From Neovahlkampfia damariscottae (taxonomy: Eukaryota): DNA of 20,000 bases. Every line of letters begins with the position of its first letter. Within the stretch, counting starts at the first letter, position 1. The notes under the pieces were generated by a model that saw nothing but the letters and a program-made list of their open reading frames with translations, was not told the DNA's origin and made no database searches. The stretch spans positions 45,193 through 65,192 of the forward strand of contig JABLTG010000115.1 of the NCBI GenBank assembly GCA_016618085.1. The letters are read 5' to 3'. Positions 1-9,882 of the stretch are shown piece after piece. Position numbers and translations under genes: made by a program.

Positions 1-1064
1 GATATTCCAGAAGAAATTGTACATTTTCATAAGTTTTTTTATCAATGAGTTTTGAGATGTGTTGATCCAATATAATTTTAATTCACCATTTTCTTCAATA
101 AAATTGTTGGTTGACCATGGATTATATAAAGTTGATTGATAAATCATATATCCATTGTACCATTGTTTAATATCATCAAATGATGCTTTTAAATCAGATT
201 CTTGAAGCATAATTTGAATTTCCGAATCAGAATATCCGAAAGAAGTGCTATAACGTTGATTCAACATTGTAAATTCTTTAAAGTTATTAACTCCAGTGAA
301 TAAATTTGATTTTGCAATACGTAATATTCCAGTTAATATTGCTTTATGAAGGTATCTATTATTTTTGAGTGTTGAACTAAATAAATTTCTCATAAAACTT
401 GTAACATCTTCTAAATATTTTTGTTCATCTTTAACATAAGCTATTTGGAGAGGTGTATCATATTCATCTATTAAAATAAAAACTCTTTTTTGATTTGAAT
501 ATTTATAAAGCATTTCAGAGAGAAATAAAAGTGACCATGAAAGATTAGTTTGTTCTTTTTCACCATTAAGATATTTGTTAAAATCGTTTTTTTCGTCACT
601 GTCAAGCTTTGAAAGAATATATTTGTGTTCTCTGTAAAGTCCTTTAATAACGAAGCTAAATTGTTGAAGAAAAGAGCTAAAATCATTTGTTGTTAAATCT
701 TTGAAGGTAATATAAATAACTGGATATTTTCCTTGATGTTCTTTCAAATATTTTCCATTTTCAATTTTTGAAATTTTATAATCTTCAAATATTCCTTTTG
801 TTTCTTTGTTTAGAACAGAAGGAGAAAAGAAATGTTGGATCATGGACATGTTAAGTGTTTTGCCCCACCTTCTTGGACGTGTAATTAAAACTACTTCTGA
901 CGGATCATTAACAAGTTCTTTAATCATTAAAGTTTTGTCAACATAAAGAAAGTTTTGGCCACCAATAATTTTTCTAAAATCATCAACACCAATTGGTGGT
1001 ATCTTTTTGGAATAAAAATTAAATTTTTGAAACGCAACAACTTGTTGAACTTGTTCAAAAACAT
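1..1064 (-). CDS. Bacterial-type AAA-ATPase-like domain protein (PF09820 family, usually followed by a PD-(D/E)XK nuclease domain). The 3' end runs off the window and the likely start codon is out of frame.
   Basis: Absent from the ORF track because it has no stop in the window. Manual translation is open and intronless from about 1119 to 1. Motifs: IPPIGVDDFRKII..FLYVDKTLMI, Walker A-like LITRPRRWGKTLNMSM, HQGKYPVIYITFKD, Walker B VFILIDEYDTP, AILTGILRIAKSNLFTGVNN, IKQWYNGY, LYNPWS, YWINTS. The ATG at 1064 is one base out of frame; the first in-frame ATG (927) would delete the conserved N-terminal motif. Confidence 0.88.
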
Positions 1065-1371
1065 GATCAATGAAAATGATTGGTGACAAAAAAAATTTTA
1101 CTTTTTTGTAATCACCAAATTATTTCTTTTTTATTTTAAATTAAAAATCAATTCAAATTTTTTAGTTTTCATTTGGAATTGTAGAACACTCAAATTTCCA
1201 AAACACCTCACAGCTGTTGGCTTTATATTTTTTTTGTTTGTTGTTCATTGGCGGATTTAAAAAAAAATTTTTTGTTTATTTTACAAATAAAGGAAACAAT
1301 GAATCGTGTATCTGTAAAACAGAAATTTTTATCGTAGAGAGATGTTTTTCTACTCTTTGTTTATGTAAAAT

Positions 1372-4300
1372 TTACTCTTCCAAAAAGAGCATAACCCGAC
1401 TACCACTGTTAGATTTATTGAGGCTTTCTTGAACTTCTGGTGAATCTTTTGGTTGCTCTGAGACAATTTCTTCAGTTGTTAGAACATCAATTGACTCTTC
1501 CAAAACAATTTCTTGATTCTCTTTTAAAGAATTTAAGCTCTCATCTACTTTTGGGGATGAAGTTTCAACATCTTCTTGTGGTATTATCTCTGTGGATTCT
1601 TGAACAACCACTTTTATGTTTTCATTCACTTCTGTTTCAATTTCATCAGAAATTTCTTTCGTTTCTGTGATTTGAATTTGAACTTCGTCTTTCACTGATT
1701 CTACAGTGACTCCTTCAATTGTTTCTGATACTACTTGGGTTTCAACTTTCAAATCAATTTCTTCAGTTATTACTTTTTCAATTGCATCAAGGTTTTCTGT
1801 AGTTTCTTCAATTTCAATCATAGAATCTTGTTGGATATCAATGGATTCTTCAATTACTTCAACTAATTCAATTGTTTCTACTTTAGTTTGTTCTTTGACT
1901 TCTAAATTCACAGTTTCACCATTCAAAATATCTTCTTCTTTAATTTTCTCTTCACTATTTGAAATATGTTCTTCTTCTGAAAGTTCTTTCTGAATTTCTT
2001 CTTGTGGAAAGAAATCTGGAAATAAATTCAACATTGAAACAAAAACTGATTGAATTCCATTAACACACATAATTTGTTTCATTTCATCCTGAGGTTTTAA
2101 TACACCAATACCAAAAACAACAGCAAGATTTTCATTTGTCATCATATTACTTGTTGATTTTTCTTCAATCTTTTTACACAATTTTAACAACTCAAACAAC
2201 AAATATTGATTTGGTTTTGGAATTTCTGCAGTTAATTTTTTAAGAAGTTCTAACTTTTCTTCATTCGAATCCAAATTTGAAACATTTAAAAAGTCATCAA
2301 ATTTTTCATAAGTCAAAATTGGAATTGGTAATTCTCTAACGTATTGTTTAAAAGCAGATCCAATATCATTGACATCTTTAGTATATTTTTCAAATGGAAT
2401 TTCTTCTCCAAGGTCAATTAGATCAATAACTTTGTCAACTTCAGCTTTAGTCCCAGGTACTCTAAAAATACCTTTCACATCTTTAAAAAGAATTAACTTT
2501 TAATAGATTTACCTGGAGCATGAATCATAAGAAAATCAATAAGTTGCTGTATTTTACGTGGAACTTTACCAGTTTCTGTACTTCTATTCATCACTTTAAT
2601 TAGATCAACACGAAATATTTGATAAATAGCACTTGCTCTAACTTCTTTTAATTTTGAATATCTATCAAATAATTCATCTTGTTTTAAATGATCTAATTGT
2701 TGAATGATAGGGGGTACAGCAATAAAAAAAACTTTGTTATCAACTACATAATAAAATCTTTCTTTTGAAGCAACTAAAATACTACATTTTGAACTCAAAC
2801 GAATTGGTGTTGGATCTCTAATACTTTTAAAGTTATTTCTATCTTTTGGTGCAGTTGATCTTGGATTGAATACATTTTTGAATTCAATACATTTTGTTAT
2901 TCCTTTACTACTATCAATAGAACCTGCTACAAAAGGAAAACAAACAGCCATTTCTTCAGGTTCATGAACAAATTTCATATCTGAATATTTAGCTGAGAAA
3001 TGTTGTTTATAATTTTCAACATAAGGTATTAATTTATTACCAGATCCAAGTTGTAAAAATGCAGGTAAAACATAATGATGTGATTTGACTAAAACAGTGA
3101 ATGCATTTTTATGATTAGTACGAACAGCAATGAATTCTATTTGTGGGTTTTTCATTTTATCTTTTGCTTTTGGCCATGCAACTTTTGAATTAATAACAAC
3201 AACATCTTCACCAATTGTATTGATAAAATATTCTTCTTTACTTGCTTCATTTGTAAATATCAAATATTTTTGACATAAAAACAAACTAGAAATTGAGAAA
3301 ATAGCAGAGTAACTTTTAGACAAAAAAATTAAATTTTTCAATAATTAAAAATACCTTCCAATTAAGACTAAATTTAAAATTGGTTTTAATTTAACAGTAG
3401 CATATTCATAAACATCAATATTTTTTGATTTATTTCCAAAAATTGCGATTCTATGAAGACCTCCTTCATGATCTCTTGTTTTATCCAAAGTGAATAAAGT
3501 TAAACTACCAGACCTTAAACCACCTGAAATTACACCTTTTTCAATGAAAGAATAAGCTCCTTTGTTATTTTCATCTTCATTATAATCATTTTTTAAAATC
3601 AAAGTTTTGAAATGAAGCATTGTAACACAATCATTTGATAAAAAAAATAAAAGTGAACAATTTTCATCTGTTTCAATTTTTATAATTGGTTGTTTTTCTT
3701 TTGTTTGATATTTTGATATTTCTATTTTATTTAATGAAAGAGAATCATTTGTTTGTACTTCAGATATTTCATAACAAATAATTTCACCAGTAGTTGTTCC
3801 AACATACAAGTAACTATTTACACAATGTAGTGTTGATATTTTATCATTCATTGAAAATAATTCTTCACTTGTAAAATGATATCTTGGTAATTTATCATTT
3901 GTTGTAAAAACACCTTCTTTTGGATGATCATAAAAATTATAAATTTCTTCTTTTTCTTGAAATAAAAGACCTGTTAAAGATGATTTTCTTGATCCTGTAT
4001 CTGGTGTTTGTCCTCCTTTTGAAATTGCCATTGAACCTCTTCTTGCAAAATTATTTAAACTTTTTCCAAATTCCATAATGACAGAACCTCTTTTGGCTGT
4101 TTTATTTGGTTCTGTGGATTCTTCAAATTTTAATTTTTCTCCAACACTTGCTGTTCTTCCTTTTTTCTTTTTCCAGAGTAATTTGTTATGTTCGTCAAAA
4201 CAAACTTCAAGCCATTTTCGAAATTCTTCAAAAGTTACTTCATCATTTGGAAAATTATCTTTCAAAACTGTTGTTTGATAATTCTTATCCTGTATTTTTT

Positions 4301-4575
4301 TTACGACTAATTTATAACCATCTTTTGAGTACATAAATGGATGAGCTGAAACTTCTTTTTTCATTCTTTCGAGATATATATTTAAACATTCCTCCAGGAT
4401 TTCTTATGTTTTAATTATTTTTTTTTTTTAACAAACTGTTCAATGAATTTTTTTGTATTTTTCCAGCTCCTGTGGGATCAAAGTAATCATATAATGCCAG
4501 TAATTTCATATCATTAAAAGATTTATATGTTATTACAAATTCTTCAAAACTTTCTTTCGCTGTAGAGTTACCCAT
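1372..4575 (-). CDS. Multidomain Rho GTPase-activating protein (~1031 aa): MG N-terminus, degenerate EF-hand pair, CNH-like domain, RhoGAP domain, acidic low-complexity tail
   Basis: Three GT-AG introns (4403-4436, 3313-3354, 2481-2512) join ORF-track fragments 3345..4364, 2493..3341 and 1372..2478 and an upstream exon starting MGNSTAKE. RhoGAP motifs: VPRKIQQLIDFL..DVKGIFRVPG (arginine finger), SAFKQYVRELPIPIL, NMMTNENLAVVFG. CNH-like segments: ISTLHCVNSYLYVGTTTGEIICY and QPIIKIETDENCSLLFFLSND. The exact C-terminus is less certain. Confidence 0.85.
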
Positions 4576-4610
4576 GTCAGAAAATCGAAAGAAAGAATGG
4601 ATACTTTTTG

Positions 4611-4724
4611 ATTGGACAATTCAATAACGATTATTTGTCAAAATGGTCTAATACCGAATTATATTGAAATAATTAATATTTTTGGTAATATTTTCTTTTC
4701 GAAAATGCGATGGAAAACTATTGG
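4611..4724. promoter_or_regulatory. Divergent promoter of the RhoGAP and ferroportin genes, with two CCAAT/ATTGG boxes
   Basis: ATTGG at 4611-4615 and 4720-4724, each about 35 nt from the respective ATG (4575 and 4759). Confidence 0.55.
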
Positions 4725-4758
4725 ATAACTGTTTTATTTTCTTTCCTAATTTATCTCA

Positions 4759-6539
4759 ATGGAAGAAGGTAAAACTTCTGAAGTTGAAGAAAAAAAAAAT
4801 GAACCAATTTCTGATTATTTTATTGATGAAGAAGAAAACAATGAATCAATAAACAAAGAAATTGAAGAAGAAAATTTTATCAAAGACAAATCCTTTTTTC
4901 ATAAATACTTACCAAGAGTATTTCACAATTTCATACCTGAAACTAGTAAAAATATAAAAAAAATAATCTTTTTCAGCAAATATTTTATTATTATACCTTT
5001 GCTTCTTCATTAAATCCATTGATGAAAGGTTGTATTATTTTTCAATTCCATTATTACTGACAGAGATGTATGGAAAAACTTTATTTGCTGGATCTCTTTA
5101 CGCTTTTGTTACAAATTTATTTGTATTCTTGCTTGGCCCAAATATTGGAAATTTGGTTGATAAATTTCCAAGGTTTCATGTTGTGATGATTGCTTCAATT
5201 TTACAAAATATTGCAATTTCAATATCTGGTGTATTATTGGTTTTAATGAATATATTTCCAACAACAAATCCATTTTTACGTTGGGAAAGTGGTATTTTTT
5301 ATTTATTGTTGTTATTTTTTGGTTGTATCATTCAAATCACTTCTACAACCTCAAATATTAGTATTTCAAAAGACTGGGCTATAATTATATCAAAAGATAA
5401 GAAAACATTAACATTTGTAAATGCCACAATGTCAAGAACAAAATTAATATCAGAGATGATAGCTCCATTTCTCTTTTCAATGATCATTGTGATTTCAAAT
5501 GTAAAATAAAAAAAATTAAAAATGAAAATAGTACTATATTGCAACGGGAATTATTATTGTTTGGTATTTAATTTCATTTCTACCACAAATTTTAATTTTA
5601 TTTTACATTTATAAAACAGATCCTGCAATTGCAGAACCTAAAAAATCAACAAAGAAAAGTGAAAATCCAATGGTCATTTTATACAAAGGATGGAAAGTTT
5701 ACATTTCTCAAAAAGTATTTTCTTCATCATTTGCTTATGTACTATTATATGTCACTGTTTTAACGCCTGGAGTTGTATTCACAATTTATTTGAAGATCAA
5801 TGATTTCAGTGAAACAGTTATTGGGATATATAGAGGTGTAGCAGCTATATCTGGTATCATTGTGACATTCATTGTTCCTCATCTCATCACCAAATTCAAA
5901 TTAATACCAACAGCATTAGGAAGTATTTGGAGTCAATTTGGAAGTTTATTATTTGGGGTCGCTTGCACTATTTTTATACCAAAACAGATTTCAATTTATA
6001 TATTAATGGTTTCTATTGTCATTTCAAGAGTATTTCATTTTTCATTTCGACTAACCCACCAGATGGCTCTTTGGTCTTTTGATTTGTCTCATCTCCAAAT
6101 AATGCAAGTATCCATTAAAGAAGAGGAAAGAGGAATTGTAAATTCAACAGAAAAAGCTTTCACAACATTAGCATATATGATTATTTTACTGGTTAGCGTT
6201 ATTTTTAGTGATCCAAAATTTTTTGAGTATTTGATGTTTTTAAGTTTGACATGTGTTGGAATTTCTTGTTTCAGTTTCAGTTTTTGGACAACTAGAAAAG
6301 AATTAGTTTCTATCGTTTGGGAAGAAGAAAATGACCATGAAAATGAACCAAAACAAGAAACTGAAGCTCCAGTCGAAAAAATAACTGCCACTGTAATTTC
6401 AGATATTGAATTGATGGATGAAAAAATGATTGATCCAATTGAAATTGATGATGAATCAAATCATGAAATGGATGTAAATGACCAATATCTATTTGATTTA
6501 ATTGAAAAAACTAAAGAAGAAATAAATACAGAATTGTAA
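4759..6539 (+). CDS. SLC40A1: Ferroportin (SLC40/FPN1) family MFS transporter, ~561 aa
   Basis: Introns 4946-4976, 5501-5531 and 6030-6062. Family motifs: LLYL...ERLYYF...EMYG, IGNLVDKFPR, ILQN, ISKDWAIII, VNATMSR...IAP, LLYVTVL, SR|MALWSFDL..QIMQ, EEERGIVN. Confidence 0.9.
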
Positions 6540-6709
6540 ATCAGTTACTCTCTGGTACTATTTCATAATTCTCACCATTTTTTTGTTTTAAATGTATCAA
6601 TTATGGTCATTGTCTCAATGTGGTTGTTTTTTCATTTTTTTTGTTCTGTAGTTTGATCGTAAATGATTGGTGGAAATTCGATTTATTTTTAAACAAAATA
6701 ATTGGTGCA

Positions 6710-7581
6710 ATGTCTGTTGAAAAACTCGTACCTGTTGTACAAGACTTTAAAAAAAAATGCCATGGAAATCCAACAGAGGCACAAGAAATTCTTACAACAC
6801 TCAAAGTAAAAACAAAAACAATTTTTAAATCTAAATTTTCCTTTAGAAAGAGTTTATAAAATTCAAAACATTTTTACCAGTCAATGGACAAATAAAAAAT
6901 TTAACTGAAGATGAAAAAAGAGAAATTGTATTAGTTCGTAAGTTTTTCAAAAACGTACTAACTTTTTTTTCAAAAGGTGAAACTTTAGAATTTGCTATTC
7001 TTTTAGCTTCACAAGTAAAAGATATGAAGAGTTTTGAAAGACATATGGCACAAGTTAAAACATATTATAATTTCAATTTAGTTGAAAAAAGTGAAAGAGA
7101 GTTATTAATTCATGGACTTAATCTTTTGAGACTTTTAAGTCAACATAAATTAGCTGAATTTCATACAGAACTTGAATTAATACCAGTTTCATTACATTCA
7201 AATATGTATATCAAATATGCTATTGATACTGATTTTTCTTTAATGGAAGGTTCATATAACAAACTTTTACAATTAAATAATCCTGCTGAAGAATATGGTA
7301 TTTTCAAAGAAATTCTTTTAGAAACAGTACGTGAAGTTATAGCAGAATGTTCTGAAAAAGCATATAATTCATTAAAATTACAAGAAGCACAACAAGTACT
7401 TTTATTCAAAACTGAACAAGATACAAAGAATTATATTTCAAAAAGAAATTGGAAAGTTGATAATTCAGGTGTAATTCAATTTGCTCAAGTACAAAAACAA
7501 GAACTTCCATTTGAACAATCTTCAAAACAATTAATTTCAAAAACATTAAGTTATGCAAAAGAAATGGAAAGAATCATTTAA
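6710..7581 (+). CDS. RPN12: 26S proteasome regulatory subunit RPN12/PSMD8, ~263 aa
   Basis: Introns 6806-6846 and 6938-6976; the second has a GTAAGT donor and a TACTAAC branch point. Motifs: RETLE, SFERHMAQVKTYY, GLNLLRLLSQHKLAEFHTELELI, LMEGSYNK, TVREVIAECSEKAY, C-terminal LSYAKEMERII. Confidence 0.96.
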
Positions 7582-7619
7582 AAAAAAGAAAAAAATGAGA
7601 ATAAAGAATTTTTTTTTAA

Positions 7620-8708
7620 TTACATAACTTTATCATATTCTAAAACAAAATCATCTCTTCTTACTTTTTTCCAGGCATGATAATCAAAATAAATGACTGG
7701 TCCTTTTTCATAAGTTTGAGTTTTTTGAATTTGTTCATTTCCACTTGTAGGTGCTCTTGTTAACCAAATTTTATGAAATGTATGATAAATCCATTTCCTT
7801 TTGTTTCTTTTTAAATTTAACTTTTTTTTTTTTAAACTTACAATTCTTTTGCTGCTAAAACTTGACAAACATCTTTTGGCATGCTATAAAACATATAAAA
7901 TAAAGATTCATCTTGATACTTTCCAAAATGCTTATTCAAAGGAAGTGGGTTTTGTAAAAAGTAACATTTTGGAATTGAAAACTCAGGTTGAATACGTGTT
8001 GGATTATCATTCCAAGGTGATGCAAATGTACTATAAAGATATTCTGGTGAATTTAAATTCAATCCTAAAATTCATTTAATTTTTTTTTTTTTTTTTCTAA
8101 CCTAAAGTAGTCAAATCAAAACCCAGACTCAAAAGATTTAAATCTTTATCACCAACTTTAATGATATTTAAAAGACCCATTAATCCATATTTATCTTCTT
8201 CGTTGTTATTTTTCTGCTGAGTTTTTCGACTTTGCATTGTTTGCAGAATGGTCTCTTTTTTTTCAGATTTTTGTGGTTTTAGCATATTTGGTATACCACC
8301 ATCTGTACCATTTCCTTTAAAATCTGACTGACTTAAAGTTCCTGGTTGTCCAAAATTTCTCATTCCAAAACTTGAATTCAAATTCATTTGTTGCATTCCT
8401 TTTTTATTTTTTTTAATTTTTTTTTTTTTTTTGAACCTTGATGTATTTGATTCATACCCCTATTTAATTGATTTGAACCGTTTTGATCTTTTTTTTCTTT
8501 TAGTTTTTTTTTTTTTCAAACTATAAGGTGAAGGAATATAACCTCCTTGTTGTGTTTGGTTCAAACCATCATTATTGAAATACATGTTGTATTGTGAATT
8601 TTCATAAATATCTTCTTCGTTTCTTCCTATATTTTGACTATACAAAGGGTTCAACCTTGTTTGTTCTTTTTCTGGAGAATTTAGCTGATTTCGTTTTTGA
8701 GGATTCAT
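7620..8708 (-). CDS. NOT2: CCR4-NOT complex subunit NOT2 (NOT2/3/5 NOT-box), ~314 aa
   Basis: Introns 8488-8521, 8399-8436, 8065-8101 and 7807-7841. Motifs: DKYGLMGLLNII, LSLGFDLTTLGLNLNSPEYLYSTFASPW, PEFSIPKCY, ESLFYMFYSMPKDVCQVLAAKELNKRKWIYH, YFDYHAWKKVRR. The start may instead be an upstream ATG at 8741 or 8747. Confidence 0.94.
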
Positions 8709-8710
8709 TG

Positions 8711-8732
8711 ATTGGTCCGAATTTCGACCAAT
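8711..8732. promoter_or_regulatory. Inverted pair of CCAAT boxes upstream of NOT2
   Basis: ATTGGTC-CGAATTTC-GACCAAT is a perfect 7-bp inverted repeat ending 2 nt before the ATG at 8708. Confidence 0.5.
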
Positions 8733-8910
8733 AGGAAACATCTTCATTTTTTGTAACTGATTTTTTTGTTTTTTCTATTTTTTTGTTAAAATCAACTATT
8801 TCGTCAAAAAAATTCTCGCCTATGAAGTTGTATATTTCCACATCTGAATTTCTGCACTGAGTCGATACTTTAAATGACCATGAAGTTTAAAATGTAAGTT
8901 ACAAAAATTT

Positions 8911-9780
8911 TTATTTCGTTTTTTGTGATTCTTGTTCAATTGTTTTTAAAACTGCTTCATCTTCACCAATTGAAAGTAATGAAATAATTATAAAAATGAA
9001 ATCTGAAACGAGATATCCTATTAATGGTACTGTTAAAAACAATTTCTTTGTTAAAAGAAATCCGCATAATGAACAAACTTCAGTGATTCTAAGTAAGATT
9101 GAAGTAAAAAGTAAATAAATTGAGCATGTTTTGTTCATAGCACGAAACCAGATATACAAATTACTAATCATTATAACACCTATTACATATGACCAATTTG
9201 AAACAAATGGTGAAAAGTGAAACAAAAATTTCTCTCCAATAAAAATTGGATATGTGAAAAAACCTGTAATTTGAACAACAAAGCTGATAATATTCAACCA
9301 GTTATGAACAAACCCTGGCATTTTTACATTGCTTATCATTTTTGATGGAAAAGCTAATTTTCTAGTGGACAACCATGCTAAAACAATCCAAACCAATTCT
9401 ATTCCAGCAAGTAAAATCAAACAACTATTAAACATTTTTTTATATACTGAAATCCCAATGTATCCAAGTATTAAAATAAAACGTGAAATAATGACGTCAG
9501 AAAATAACATGTTACAGTTGAAAACCCAAATTAAAAATAATGAAAATCCATTTGATATCATTGAGATACTAGCTATTTTTTCAAATGCGCTTCGATAATT
9601 ATCAATCGGTTTGATAAAATTTATAACATCAGAATTGTACAAGTTTGGTAAGAACATCAAAAAAAATCCGCTAAGTATTTGGTTTACAGCCAATATGAAA
9701 AATAATGAACCACCAGTTGAGGTTGTTGTTGGTGTTGATGTGTTTTTATCATTTTCTGTTTGTGCTGTTTTCTTTCCCAT
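8911..9780 (-). CDS. Hypothetical polytopic membrane protein (~8 TM, apparent 2x4-TM internal duplication), 289 aa
   Basis: Intronless ORF from the ATG at 9780 (MGKKTAQ...) with eight hydrophobic stretches. The family was not recognised. Confidence 0.75.
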   Translation of the reverse strand: MGKKTAQTENDKNTSTPTTTSTGGSLFFILAVNQILSGFFLMFLPNLYNSDVINFIKPIDNYRSAFEKIASISMISNGFSLFLIWVFNCNMLFSDVIISRFILILGYIGISVYKKMFNSCLILLAGIELVWIVLAWLSTRKLAFPSKMISNVKMPGFVHNWLNIISFVVQITGFFTYPIFIGEKFLFHFSPFVSNWSYVIGVIMISNLYIWFRAMNKTCSIYLLFTSILLRITEVCSLCGFLLTKKLFLTVPLIGYLVSDFIFIIISLLSIGEDEAVLKTIEQESQKTK

Positions 9781-9882
9781 GTTGTTACCTGATTTAAAAT
9801 AACCGTTAACCAATGGTTTTTCAACAATTCCACCAATCGTTTTATACCACGTCTTGACTCAACCTCTTTTTTTTTTTTGAAA
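9781..9882. promoter_or_regulatory. 102-nt divergent promoter with two CCAAT boxes
   Basis: CCAAT at 9810-9814 and 9833-9837, between the head-to-head ATGs at 9780 and 9883. Confidence 0.55.

Noticed and set aside
1400..1990. Repetitive-looking Glu/Val/Ile/Thr-rich stretch
   Set aside because: It is a low-complexity acidic protein tail with no discrete tandem DNA repeat unit.
3368..3395. Possible extra 28-nt intron (GTTAAA...TTTAG) in the RhoGAP gene
   Set aside because: Removing it creates an immediate TCT TAA stop; the frame is intact without it.
8790..8900. U1 snRNA-like hints: minus-strand ACTTAC followed by an Sm-like AATTTTTTTG, and a plus-strand hairpin loop GACCATGAAG plus TGCAC
   Set aside because: The motifs fall on opposite strands or in the wrong order, and no convincing U1 cloverleaf stems form. 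Chance matches are expected at this AT content. An Infernal search would settle it.
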